Shown in pieces: positions 39,941 through 52,049 of a stretch of DNA of 64,000 nucleotides. The stretch is from positions 86,740,001 to 86,804,000 of the forward strand of contig NC_087436.1 of assembly GCF_036321535.1 (NCBI RefSeq), read 5' to 3'. Source of the DNA: Camelus dromedarius. Lineage: Eukaryota. The notes beneath the pieces were generated by a model that saw nothing but the letters and a program-made list of their open reading frames with translations, was not told the origin of the DNA and ran no database searches. The stretch's first letter is position 1. The number at the start of each line of letters is the position of its first letter. The position numbers and the translations under genes were made by a program.

Positions 39941-40843
39941 GTAAGATACGTTTGTTTTTTTTTTTTTTTTCCTTTCATCCTCCTCCCTCTTTCCTTTTCT
40001 TTCTTGCCTACAGTGTTCCTGCAGAAAGGAAACAGTGAAGAGTTAGCCTGGTTGAAAAATCCATAGTGGGTAGAATTTATATAAAAGAATTTGTTCTTAA
40101 CTTTGAAATAGCCATTTTCATTAAACAATATAAGCCAAAAGGTGCAGAACTTTATAGAGGTGTTATTTAGATGGAATATAAGCTTGTTCCTAGGGTTGGC
40201 TAAGTAAGTCAATTTAAGCATCTCCATTTCACAGACAGCTTCACATGGACTTGAGGCTAGGCTTACTCAATTTCTCTTTCCCAGATGACTTTTCCACATG
40301 ACTCAAATACTGCCCACATTGCTCTGAAACAGTGCCATCTTTTTATATGGAAACGATATCCTCTTGGGCATCAGTGGGAAAAATTTTTATTTCTCTGTAT
40401 ACTTTTTCACAGGATTGGAGAAATCACAGCAAGAAGATGGGGTTCTTTATGTTATGCAGAGTTCCAAAAATAAAAGAACATTTCTCCAGAAACATGACAA
40501 TAAGAAGATACCATAGTTATCTTTTCTACTTTGTCCTTTATCTGCAATTCTTATGAGAAAAAAATGCATTAGAAGAGAAAAAGTTGTCTGAGTTTATATT
40601 TCCCTTATCTTCACGTTTTAAAGTTCTAAACAAAACACCACCTTTCAGCATTATAGTTTCCATTCTTAACAGTAACTATCCTATTTAGAATGAAATTGCA
40701 GCTTCTGAAGTTTTCAGCTTTTTTATAGATAGTTAATAACATTTATTGGCTACCCAGTGTGTGTTGGCCAGTGGGGGAAGAGAACAGAAAGTTCTGTACC
40801 TTGTCTGTTTTATGCTTATACACACAATAAAAACATAAGCCAT

Positions 40844-40873
40844 GTCTTTGCTTTGGCAGCATATATACTAAAA
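40844..40873 (+). pseudogene. U6 snRNA 5' fragment (3'-truncated retropseudogene)
   Basis: GTCTTTGCTTTGGCAGCATATATACTAAAA matches U6 nt 1-30 (GTGCTCGCTTCGGCAGCACATATACTAAAA) at 25/30, mostly C>T; AAAACATA repeated on both sides. Confidence 0.75.
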
Positions 40874-41369
40874 CATAGACCTAAGGGCTTGCAACCCTTA
40901 CAAACCCAGAAGTAATTGTGATTGGAAATATTTTTAGCTGCTCAGAAGGCCATTCCAAGTTAATTATTAAGGATTTACTATGAGCCTTACTGTGGACTAA
41001 ATAATATAAAGGATATAAAATAATATAAAATATAATTCTTGCCTTCAAGGGACACTTTTCTTGTTGGGGTAATCATGATCTACACAGAGGTACAATTACA
41101 AAACAATAGAATGGTATGAAATCAAGTCTTGTGCATCTGCTTCAGATTATAATTCCTATAAGTGAAGTATCAGGTTAACGTGGTCTTTGTAGATCAGTGT
41201 GGGCCTTGTGGAAGTGGTGGTGCATGAATTAATGATGTCTTGAAGGATTGGGAAAAGGATTGAGGGCTAGTATGAACATAGATTTGGAAACAAGAATGGT
41301 CAGGGCCTAGTGTGATGGATTGTGAGGAGGGCAACCTCACTGGGCCACTACTGACTGCTGTCAGCCCTA

Positions 41370-42385
41370 TTAACATTTTTCAGGACTTACTATGTGGCAA
41401 GCACAGTTCCAGGCATTTTACATTTGGGAAGTCATTTAAGTTTTACAATAACTCAATAAGGTGAATGTTTTTATTCTGTTTTACAGATTAAGGAAGCTAA
41501 GGCAAAGAAACATTAAGTAACATAGCTAGCAGTGGGTGGAGTTAGAATTTGAGCCCAGAATGTTTGACTTCTGAGCCACTGTCTTAAGTTATATGATATG
41601 TAAGCAGGGGCCAGAGAAGAGCTAGGTTCATGAAGAGCTATGAAGAGTCAATAAGAGACAAAAATAAAGTTATTTTATGATTTAATTTGGGGAGGCCTAT
41701 TGTCCAACATAATGGTTACATGAACAACAGAAATCAATTTTGGCTAATTTCAGCAAAAAGGGAATTGATTAAAGGGGATTGGAAAACCAACAAAATCAAA
41801 AGAAGGACTGTTAATCAGATTTTGGAAAAAACTATACAGTTCCAGGGGTCTAGGGGGCAAGAACTCAGGAAAAGCCTCTTCAAGGTCTTGACACCAGAGA
41901 GACTGAATTTTAACTGTTTTTTATCTTGAGTCATTCTGCCTCAGACTCAGACCCCAGGGGAGAAGGTAAGATTGGCCTAACTTGGGCCTTGTGCCCACCT
42001 CTTCCCTGGTGGGGGTTGGGAGCAGTTCATACCGACTGAGAATTGTGCCAAGATCATATGGCATGGCAGGGGGGTAGTTCTTCAAAGGAAAACTGAAACA
42101 TCTGTGAAAAGAAGGGGGAAGGGATGCTGGGCATGCCAAAACAGTAGATGCCATTTAATAATAATAGCACACACTTATAGAGGATTTATTTTGTAATAGG
42201 TATTGTTCTGATCACTTTGTTTATAGTAACTTAGTTCTCACAACATCTCTATGAGGTGAGTTGTATTAGAGGAACAAGGTTAAATAACATGCCTAAGGTG
42301 ACACACATGGTTGGAAGTGATGGGGCCTATATTTGAACCCCAGCAGTCTGGCTCTAAAGTCAGTGCTTACCATTACTGTATGCCA
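41370..42385. mobile_element. MIR (~41370-41590), MaLR MLT1-type LTR (~41700-42150), MIR (~42155-42385)
   Basis: TTTTACAGAT.AGGAAGCTAAGGC; GGTTACATGAACAACAGAAA..AAAAGGGAATT; AAGGTTAAATAACATGCCTAAGGTGACAC. Confidence 0.6.
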
Positions 42386-43668
42386 GCTCCAGAGAAGCCT
42401 AAGATAATTACAAAAGGAACAGGTGAGGTTCCACTCCCCTCCCCACCCTCTGCCCCCCAGAAGTTTGCAGAAAGAGAAGAGTTGAATCCACGCGCAGGAA
42501 AAGCAAACAAATTCTAAGGATGTAGTGGGACAAATGTAAGAATCAAGACACCTTTTAGATCTACAGGTAACATCTTTATCATGGCCAATTTATTTAACCT
42601 TGACTCATCAGCACTCTTTCTAACCAAAGCTCAGTCCAAGACTTAAATCGAACCTGTCTTGGAATACCAACTACTTCCTTTGCCAGTGATTGCTTTAGAA
42701 GTGGGGAGGTGAAAGAAAACCGTTACTGGGGCCTCTTGGTCAGGTTTCTTTGTTTCTGAAGAGAGACTCCAGAAAGAGGCATACTTTCCCTTCCTCCCAC
42801 GCTCCTCCCCCAGCACCCAGGACTGATGCACCTCCTGACTCTGCGGCAGCCCTCTTGCTCACCACCGGAAGTTGAAGCAACGCATACGGAAAGTGGTGTG
42901 ACCCAAGAGGACACAGGCAAGAGCAGTGCTGGGTACCTCTCATTACTTCCCTTTACCTTCCCACACTTATATAATCTATCTTAGTATTTCTTCTACATAC
43001 GTTTAGATCTGAATCAGACAGTGTTAAAATTTTTGCTTCTACCGTCAAGCACAGTTTAAAGAACTCAAGAAGAATTGCTTATTGTATTTACCTATATTTT
43101 TGCTTACTGTTTTCTTTCTTCATCATGTTTCAATAGTTCCTCTTTTTTCTTTCCTTTTTAGAGAATTTCCTTTAGCCATTCTTTTAGAATAGATTTGCTG
43201 ATGACTGAATCTCTTAGTTTTTATTAATTTGAGAATAGTTTTATTTCCTCTCATTTGAATGATATTTTCGCTGCATATAGCATTCTGGATTAACAGTTAA
43301 AATATTATGCCACTTTCCTTTGGTCTCCATGGTTTCTTTCTTTTTTTTTTTTTAACATTTTTTATTGATTTATAATCATTTTACAATGTGTCAAATTCCA
43401 GTGTTCAGCACAATTTTTCAGTCATTCATGGACATATACACACTCATTGTCACATTTTTTTCTCTGTGAGTTATCATAACATTTTGTGTATATTTCCCTG
43501 TGCTATACAGTGTAATCTTGTTTATCTATTCTACAATTTTGAAATCCCAGGCTATCCCTTCCCACCCTCCACCCCCCGGTAACCACAAGTCTGTATTCTC
43601 TGTCTGTGAGTCTATTTCTGTCCTGTATTTATGCTTTGTTTTTGTTTGTTTGTTTTTGTTATTGTTTT

Positions 43669-46600
43669 TTAGATTCCACATATGAGCGATCTCATATGGT
43701 ATTTTTCTTTCTCTTTCTGGCTTACTTCACTTAGAATGACATTCTCCAGGAGCATCCATGTTGCTGCAAATGGCATTATGTTGTCGGTTTTTATGGCTGA
43801 GTAGTATTCCATTGTATAAATATACCACCTCTTCTTTATCCAGTCACCTGTTGATGGACATTTAGGCTGTTTCCATGTCTTGGCTATTGTAAATAGTGCT
43901 GCTATGAACATTGGGGTGCAGGTGTCATCCTGAAGTAGATTTCCTTCTGGATACAAGCCCAGGAGTGGGATTCCTGGGTCATATGGTAAGTCTATTCCTA
44001 GTCTTTTGAGGAATCTCCACACTGTTTTCCATAGTGGCTGCACCAAACTGCATTCCCACCAGCAGTGTAGGAGGGTTCCCCTTTCTCCACAGCCTCTCCA
44101 GCATTTGTCATTTGTGGATTTTTGAATGACGGCCATTCTGACTGGTATGAGGTGATACCTCATTGTAGTTTTGATTTGCATTTCTCTGATAATTAGTGAT
44201 ATTGAGCATTTTTTCATGTGCTTTTTGATCATTTGTATGTCTTCCTTGGAGAATTGCTTGTTTAGGTCTTCTGCCCATTTTTGGATTGGGTTGTTTATTT
44301 TTTTCTTATTGAGTCGTATGAGCTGCTTATATATTCTGGAGATCAAGCCTTTGTCGGTTTCACTTGCAAAAATTTTCTCCCATTCCGTAGGTTTTCTTCT
44401 GGTTTTACTTCTGGTTTCCTTTGCTGTGCAGAAGCTTGTAAGTTTCATTAGGTCCCATTTGTTTATTCTTGCTTTTATTTCTTCTAGGAGAAAATTTTTG
44501 AGATGTATGTCAGATAATGTTTTGCCTATGTTTTCCTCTAGGAGGTTTATTGTATCTTGTCTTATGTTTAAGTCTTTAATCCATTTTGAGTTGATTTTTG
44601 TATATGGTGTAAGGGAGTGTTCTAGCTTCATTGTTTTACATGCTGCTGTCCGGTTTTCCCAACACCATTTGCTGAAGAGACTGTCTTTATTCCATTGTAT
44701 ATTCTTGCCTCCTTTGTCGAAGATGAGTTGACCAAAAGTTTGTGGGTTCATTTCTGGGCTCTCTATTCTGTTCCATTGATCTATATGTCTGTTTTGGCAC
44801 CAATACCATGCTGTCTTGATGACTGTAGCTCTATAGTATCGTCTGAAGTCTGGGAGAGTTATTCCTCCAGCCTCTTTCTTTCTCTTCAGTAATGCTTTGG
44901 CAATTCTAGGTCTTTGATGGTTCCATATAAATTTTATTATGATTTGTTCTAGTTCTGTGAAATATGTCCTGGGTAATTGGATAGGGATTGCATTAAATCT
45001 GTAGATTGCCTTGGGCAGTGTGACCATTTTAACAATATTGATTCTTCCAATCCAAGAGCATGGAATATCTTTCCATTTTTTAAAGTCTTCTTTAATTTCC
45101 TTCATCAATGGTTTATAGTTTTCTGTGTATAATTCTTTCACCTCCTTGGTTAGATTTATTCCCAGATATTTTATTACTTTGGGTGCTATTTTAAAGGGGA
45201 TTGTTTCTTTACTTTCTTCTTCTGTTGATTTATCATTAGTGTAAAGAAATGCAACTGATTTTTGAACGTTAATTTTGTAACCTGCTACCTTGCTGAATTC
45301 TTCAATCAGCTCTAGTAGCTTTTGTGTGGACCTTTTAGGGTTTTCTATATATAGTAACATGTCATCAGCATATAATGACACTTTTACCACTTCTTTTCCA
45401 ATTTGGATCCCTTTTATTTCTTTCTCTTGCCTGACTGCTGTGGCTAGGACTTCCAGGACTATGTTGAATAGGAGTGGTGATAGTGGGCATCCTTGTCTTG
45501 TCCCAGATTTTAGTGGGAAGCTTTTGAGTTTTTCACCGTTGAGTACTATGCTGGCTGTAGGTTTGTCATATATAGCTTTTATTATGTTGAGATATGTTCC
45601 CTCTATACCCACTTTGGTGAGAGTTTTTATCATAAATGGGTGTTGAATTTTATCAAATGCTTTTTCTGCATCGATTGAGATGATCATGTGGTTTTTGTCC
45701 TTTCTCTTGTTGATGTGATGTATTACACTGATTGATTTGCGTATGTTGAACCAGCCTTGTGTCCCTGGGATGAACCCCACTTGGTCATGATGTATAATCT
45801 TTTTTATGTGTTGTTGGATTCTATTTGCTAAAATTTTGGTGAGGATTTTGGCGTCTATGTTCATCAGTGATATTGGCCTATAATTCTCTTTTTTTGTGGT
45901 GTCTTTGCCTGGTTTTGGTATCAGGGTGATGGTGGCTTCATAGAATGAGTTTGGGAGTATTCCCTCCTTTTCAATCATCTGGAAGAGTTTGAGAAGGACT
46001 GGTATGAGTTCTTCTTTGTATGTTTGGTAGAATTCCCCGGTGAAGCCGTCCGGTCCTGGACTTTTATTTGTAGCGAGGTTTTTAATTGCTATTTCTATTT
46101 CCTTTCTAGTGATCGGATTGTTCAAGTGTTCAGATTCTTCTTGATTCAGTTTTGGTGGACAGTATGTTTCCAGAAACTTGTCCATCTCCTCTAGGTTATC
46201 CAGTTTGGTTCCATATAGTTTTTCATAATATTCTCATATGATATTCTGTATTTCTATTTTGTTTGTTGTAATTTCTCCATTTTCCTTTCTTATTTTGCTA
46301 ATTTGTGCTCTCTCTTTTTTCTTCTTTGTGAGTTTGGCCAGAGGTTTGTCGATTTTATTTACTTTTTCAAAAAACCAGCTTTTGGTTTGGTTGATTTTTT
46401 CTATGGTCTTGTTAATCTCTATTGTATTTAATTCCTCTCTGATCTTTATTATTTCCTTCCTTCTGCTGCTTTTTGGGGCTTTTTGTTCTTCTTTTTCTAA
46501 TTCATTCAGGTGGTGGGTTAAATTGTTTATTTGAGATTGTTCTTCTTTTTTGAGGAAGGCCTGTATCGCTATAAACTTCCCTCTTAACACTGCCTTTGCT

Positions 46601-47466
46601 GTGTCCCATAGGTTTTGAGTGGTTGTGCTTTCATTATCATTTGTCTCAAGGTATTTTTTAATTTCAGCTTTGATTTCCTCATTGATCCATTGTTTTTTCA
46701 ATAACATATTGTTTAATCTCCATGCTTTCCTTTTTTTCTCCTTTGTTTCTCTGTTGTTGATTTCCAGTTTCATGGCATTGTGGTCAGTAAAGATGCTTGA
46801 GATAATTTCTATCTTCTTAAAATTGTTGAGGTTTCTTTTGTGCCCAAGTACATGATCGATCCTGGAAAATATTCCATGTGCACTTGAAAAGAATGTATAT
46901 CCTATTTTTGGGGGGCGTAATGCTCTGAAAATATCCACCAAATCTAGTTTTTCTATTGTAGTATTTAATTTCTCTGTTGCCTTGTTTATTTTCTGTCTGG
47001 AAGATCTGTCTAGTGATGTTAATGCAGTGTTAAAATCTCCAACTATGGTTGTATTCCCATCAATATCCCCCTTTATCTCTGTTAGTAATTCTTGTATGTA
47101 CTTAGGTGCTCCTATATTGGGTGCATATATATTAACGAGTGTAATATCCTCATCTTGTATCACTCCTTTAATCATTATAAAATGTCCTTCTTTATCTTTC
47201 TTTATGGCCTTTGTTTTAAAGTCTATTTTGTCTGAAATCAGTACTGCAACACCTGCTTTTTTGGCTTTTCCATTTGCATGGAATATCCTTTTCCATCCTT
47301 TCACTCTCAATCTATATGTGTCCTTCTCCCTAAAGTGGGTCTCTTGTATGCAGCATATTGAAGGTTCTTGCTTTATTATCCAGTCTGCCACTCTGTGTCT
47401 TTTGACTGGAGCATTTAGTCCATTAACATTTACAGTAATTAATGATAGATGTGTGTTTATTGCCAT
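43669..47466 (-). pseudogene. L1 ORF2 (APE endonuclease + reverse transcriptase + CCHC) with one in-frame nonsense codon
   Basis: The 410-aa and 838-aa ORFs share a frame, separated by TGA at 46234-46236 and 16 open codons ([16 protein letters not shown]); motifs [40 protein letters not shown]. Confidence 0.95.
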
Positions 47467-47870
47467 TTTGAACTTATCTTTGCAGTTAAATTGGTATATC
47501 CTCTTTGTTCCTTTCTTCTTCCTTTTGTGGTTTGGTAATTTTCCTTTGTATTTTCATGGATTTTATTTAATTTTTGTGACTCCTTTGTAAATTTTTGGCT
47601 TGTGGTTACCCTTTTTTGTGAATCTATTAGCCCATTACTATAACTGTTTTTATTAAACTGATAGTAACATGATCTCAAACCCATCCTACTGTTAAAAAAA
47701 TTTAAAAAAGAAAAAAAAAGATATTCTATATTTCCCTGCCTCCCTCTCCCACTCTCAGTGATTTGTATGTCTTCTTTTATAATTTCATGTTTACTTTATT
47801 TGTAATTCACGAGTTATCACCTTTCCAGTTGTGAGTTTCTCATTTCTGTAGCATCCTGCTGCTTTTCTAT

Positions 47871-48770
47871 TTAGAATAGCCCTTTCAATATTTCTTTTAG
47901 CATGGGTTTAGTGTTGCTAAACTCCTGCAGCTTTTTTTTTGTTTGTGAAACTCTTTATTTCTCCTTCTATCCTAAAGGATAGCCTTGCTGGATAAAGGAC
48001 CCTAGGCTGCATCTTTTTTTCATTCAGGGCTTTGAATATATCTTGCCACTCCCTTCTGGCCTGTAGTGTTTGTGTAGAGAAATCAGCTGAGAGCCTTATG
48101 GGGGTTCCCTTGTAACTTACTCTTTGCTTTTCTTTTGCTGCCTTTAGAATCCTTTCTTTATCCTTGACTCTGGCCATCTTGATTATGATATGCCTTGGTG
48201 TGGGTCTATTTGGGTTCTTCCTGTTTGGGACCCTCTGAGCTTCCTGTACTTGGATATCTGATTCCTTCTTTAAGTTTGGGAAGTTTTCAGTCATGATTTC
48301 TTCAAAAACCTTTTCAATCCCCTTTGATCTTTCTTCCCCTTCTGGGACCCCTATTATGCGAAGATTGGGATGCTTTATGTTATCCCATAGGTCCCTTATG
48401 CTATTTTCATTATTTTTTATTTGCTTATCTTGTAGTTCTTCTGAATGGGTGCTTTCTATTGCCCTGTCTTCTAGATCACTAATTCGTTCCTCTGCATTAT
48501 CTAGTCGGCTTTGCACAGCTATTAGATCATTCCTCATCTCTGTCAATGAGTTTACCCACTCTACTTGGCTCTTCTTTATAGCTTCAATTTCATTTTTGAC
48601 ATATTTTATATCTCTAAACACTATCTCTTTTAATTCCTTCAGCAATTTGATCACTCCTTTGTTGAAATCTTGATCTAGTAGGCTATCGATGTCTATTTCG
48701 TTGATCTTTCAGGGGATTTCTCTTGTTCTTTTAATTGGGAAAGGTTTTTCTGCTTCTTCATCTTGCTCAT
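47871..48770 (-). pseudogene. L1 ORF1 (coiled coil-RRM-CTD) with two frameshifts
   Basis: ATG 48770 MSKMKKQKNLSQLKEQEKSPE shifts near 48705-48712 into INEIDIDSLLDQDF...; core LWDNIKHPNLRIIGVPEGEE, ARREW, YPARL; extra A in A9 run (47932-47940) hides native end LQEFSNTKPMLKEILKGLF*. Confidence 0.9.
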
Positions 48771-50451
48771 ACCTCTCTGGCACTGTGGTTTATGAAGTAT
48801 CAGTTGTTTATTTTGGTCCTTAAGGATTTTATCTATCTAATACCTATTTAGGAATAAAACTTAGGAAAAAAAGAAAAAAAATAAGAGAGAGAGAGAAAGA
48901 ATTTTAAAAGAAGGGAGAAAGAGGGTTTGAAAACAGTGTATAATGAATAATAGAAGAGCGAGTTGAAGCAGAGTATTAATCGGGTTGAGACGTCCTTTTA
49001 AAACCTTTACAAAAAAAAGGGGGGGGGAGATGAATAGATGTATTTGAAACCTGTGTCTAATCAATAACAGGACATCAAAACCCAAGAGAAATAGAAATGA
49101 ATTAAGAAGTAAAAATTAAGAGAGTAATAGAAAATAGAACAGGTAAAAACAGATTAAAAAAAAAAGGGGGGGGGGTGGTTTGTCGGTGTTCTCCTGGAGT
49201 CTGTGTGCTTTTAATGTGAAGCCTTTCTGTCTTCGTCCTGTTTTGGAAGCTCAGCTTGCTGTTTTCAGAGGCCCTCCGCTGGCGCCCTCTTCTGTGCTGC
49301 TCCCAGCACCTGTCGGCAAGCAGATCGCGCCTCCTCCTAACACTGGGTCAGGTGCAGCTCTCCTCTGATGTGGGCGGGCGGGTCGCTGCACCTCCGGATG
49401 CCGCAGTCAGATGTTGCAGACTGGCCGGGTAGGAGGGCGGGTCGTGCCCCCTCCCAGCACCTCGGTCAGGGGCTGTGTTCCTGCCCGAAAGGCGGGGGGC
49501 TGCTCTCCCTCTACCTGCGCGGCCGGTAGCTCCGCTGCTCTGTGCGGCTGCGCGCTCCGCCCTGGTCGGCGCTCCGCGGGTGGGCTCGGGGAAGACCGAG
49601 GAACAGCTTTGTCCCTGCTCCGAGCTAAAACCCAGATCCTTGTTTGTCTTTGTGGAGCAAGTTCTCTGAGGGACCAGGATGGAAGGATCATATCTGCCCC
49701 GGGCTGCAGGCCAGTCTCAGTCTGGCCTTTGAGGCTGCTAAGCCCTTCGGTGAGGATGCAGGTTTCGCCCCCGCCCCCGCCTGGGTGCTCAGCGCTGGGG
49801 GATATGGTGGCTGTGCCTGAGCCCCGCCTCTCTTCCCCCGAAAACTTTCCGCGGGTTTTCAGAGATGGGGGTGTGCACCCTTCCCCGAGAACACGTCAAC
49901 CTTGCTGTTTTATGGAGGGCCCAGGTTGTTTTGCCCTGTGCACCCACAGCCACGGCACGCAGCCCCTTGCGTTCCCCCGGGGCTGCCTCCGTGCAGCCGC
50001 CCCTGTCCTCCGCCCGGCTTGGGCAGCCTGGCCCTGCCCGCTGCTGCCAGCCCGTGTCTCAGGCTGGGTGTCGGGGGGGACCCTCTGTGCCCGTTTAGCT
50101 TAGTTCTGTCAGTCAAGGGCTGCTCTGTACATATCCGAGCCTCGGAGTCTCCCCCTCCGTCCCGCTGGCCTCTCAGTTGGAGAGGGGAGACCCAGCCAGC
50201 GAGCGCCAGTCCTCCTTTGCTGCTCCCTCCCCGCGGGACCCGTCCCGCGCTGCTTTGCCTTTTGTTCTTTCTTTTTTCCTTTTCTCCTACCAGATTTTTT
50301 GCGTCTTTATCTTTTGAAGAGGGCGATGTTCTCTCAGAGTTCCGCAGGTGCTCTGGTTGGCTGAGTGGGTCTGTAGATGTGGGTCTTGGTGTATTTGTGG
50401 GAGAGGGTGACCTGCGAGCGTCCTTCTACTCCGCCATCTTCTCCGTCCTCC
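48771..50451 (-). promoter_or_regulatory. L1 5' UTR / internal promoter (CpG-rich 49240-50450)
   Basis: Lies upstream of ORF1; many intact CpGs; YY1 motif (CCGCCATCTT, 50431-50440) at the 5' terminus. Confidence 0.85.
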
Positions 50452-50748
50452 TGGTCTCCATGGTTTCTGATAAGAATCCACTGTCATTTCAGTTGTTTTT
50501 CCTCCATAGATGAGGTATCATTTCTCTTCCTACTTTTATGGTTTTTCCTTTGTCTTTAGTTTTCAGAAGTTTAATTATGATGTGTCTTCATATCGATTTC
50601 TTTGAGTTTTTCCTGTTTGGAGTTCACCTAGCTTATTGTATCTGTATATTTGTGTCTTTTGCAAGTTTGGGAATTTTTCAGCCATTATCTCTCCCAGCAC
50701 TTTCTCAGTTCTGCCTACTTTCTTTTCTTCTGAGATGTCAGTAATAGG

Positions 50749-51055
50749 TGTAATTTCCTATTGCTCTTGTAGCAAGTTACCACAAATTTAGTGACTTAAA
50801 ACAATACGTTAATTCTCTTGGTGTTCTGGAGGTCAGAAGTCTGGAATCAGTCTTGTAGTCCTAAAATCAAGGTGTTGGCAGGACTGGTTCATTCTGAAGA
50901 CTATAGGGTAGGTTCTGTTGCTTGCCTCTTCTAGCTTCTAGAGACTGCCTTGGCATCCCCTGACTGGTAGCCTGAACTTCCATTTTCACGTTGTCTTTTC
51001 TTTTGCCTCTGACTCCTCTTGTGTCCTTCTAGGATTACACTGGGCCCACCTGGAT
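50749..51055 (-). mobile_element. MaLR MLT1 LTR fragment
   Basis: TTACCACAAATTTAGTGACTTAAAACAA...CTGGAGGTCAGAAGTC...AATCAAGGTGTTGGCAGG. Confidence 0.75.
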
Positions 51056-51552
51056 GGATTTTTTTTATTAGAACAATATTTATAAAATTGTGAAATATAC
51101 AAATGAAATCACATAGTATGTACTTTTTGTGTCAGGCTTTTTTCACTTAGCATAATATTTTGATATTTGCCATATTGTTTTTCTCTCTTTTTAATGTTTT
51201 GTAGTAGTATTCTACTACATGAATATACCACAGTTTGCTTAGCTATTTTGCTGTTGGTAGAAACCTTGTCTGTTTCCAGTTTTTTGCTACTATGAGTATA
51301 ATTACTGTGAACATTCTTCAACAAGTATTTTAGGGAGAAAGATATACTATCATTTCTCTTTCTTTTCAGTGGGATTTCTGGGTTATACTTTCATTTCAGT
51401 GAAATTGCTGTGTTATAGGATTGGTATATGTTTAGTTTTAAAAGAAACTGCCAAATATTTTTCTAAAGCAGTTGTACTATTTTATACCTTCACCAACAGT
51501 GCACATGGGTTCTGGTTGATCCACATTCTTGACAACTTTTGGTATTGTTCAT

Positions 51553-51937
51553 TATTATGGAATGAATTGTATCTCTCTAAAATTCATATGTTGAAACTCT
51601 AAACTCCAGTATCTCAAAATATGACTGTATTGGATATGATCTTTAAAGAGGTAGTAAGTTAAAATGAGTCCCTTAAGGTTGCCCTTAACCAAATATGAAT
51701 GATATCCTTATAAAATTAGGACATACGTAGAGACACCAAACACAGAAAAGGCACTGTGAAGATATAGTGACAAAAGTGGCCATCTGCAAGGCAAGGAGAA
51801 AGGCCTCAGGAGAAACCAGACCTGGTGGCATATTGATCTTGGATTTCTAGCTCCAGAACTGTGAGAGAATAAATTTCTGTTGTTTAACCCATCAGTCTAT
51901 GGTATTTTTTTTATAACAGCCCGAGCAGACTAATATA
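51553..51937 (+). mobile_element. MaLR MLT1A/B solo LTR inserted in an old L1 3' fragment (~51100-52040)
   Basis: TATGGAATGAATTGT...AAATTCATATGTTGAA...CCAGAACTGTGAGAGAATAAATTTCTGTTGTTTAA...GACTAATA; 5-bp TSD TTCAT/TCCAT. Confidence 0.8.
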
Positions 51938-52049
51938 TCCATCATTTTAATTTTAGTTATTTTGGGGGGTGTGAAGTTGTACCTTATTGTGCTTTGAATT
52001 TGCATTTCCCTCAGAACTAATGATGCTGAGCACTTTTTCATGTATTTGC

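Larger units (their letters stand above)
43338..50451 (-). mobile_element. Full-length young LINE-1 (~7.1 kb), antisense in SCFD2 intron 2
   Basis: 5' end GGAGGACGGAGAAGATGGCGG (YY1 site), GC-rich 5' UTR, ORF1, ORF2, 3' UTR, AATAAA (43361-43366), poly(A) 43338-43353; identical 17-bp TSD TGGTCTCCATGGTTTCT at 43321-43337 and 50452-50468. Confidence 0.97.
42950..50745 (-). mobile_element. Ancient L1M ORF1-region fragment split by the young L1 (pieces ~42950-43337 and 50452-50745)
   Basis: Both flanks show degenerate antisense L1 ORF1-like sequence that reads continuously across the TSD (...GCCACTTTCCTTTGGTCTCCATGGTTTCT|GATAAGAATCCACTGTCA...TTTGGGAATTTTTCAGCCATTAT). Confidence 0.75.

Noticed and set aside
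43669..47466. Separate endonuclease and reverse-transcriptase genes, i.e. a novel RT system or programmed readthrough
   Set aside because: Ordinary L1 ORF2 split by one nonsense codon at a position where Arg is expected; CGA>TGA mutation is the simplest explanation
44171..48673. Plus-strand hydrophobic ORFs that look like membrane proteins
   Set aside because: Antisense shadows of A-rich L1 ORF1/ORF2, a common artefact
49411..50103. 230-aa antisense ORF in the L1 5' UTR as an ORF0 analogue
   Set aside because: GC-rich UTR is open in several frames on both strands; no similarity I can recognise, and ORF0 is described for primate L1; would need family-wide conservation to support
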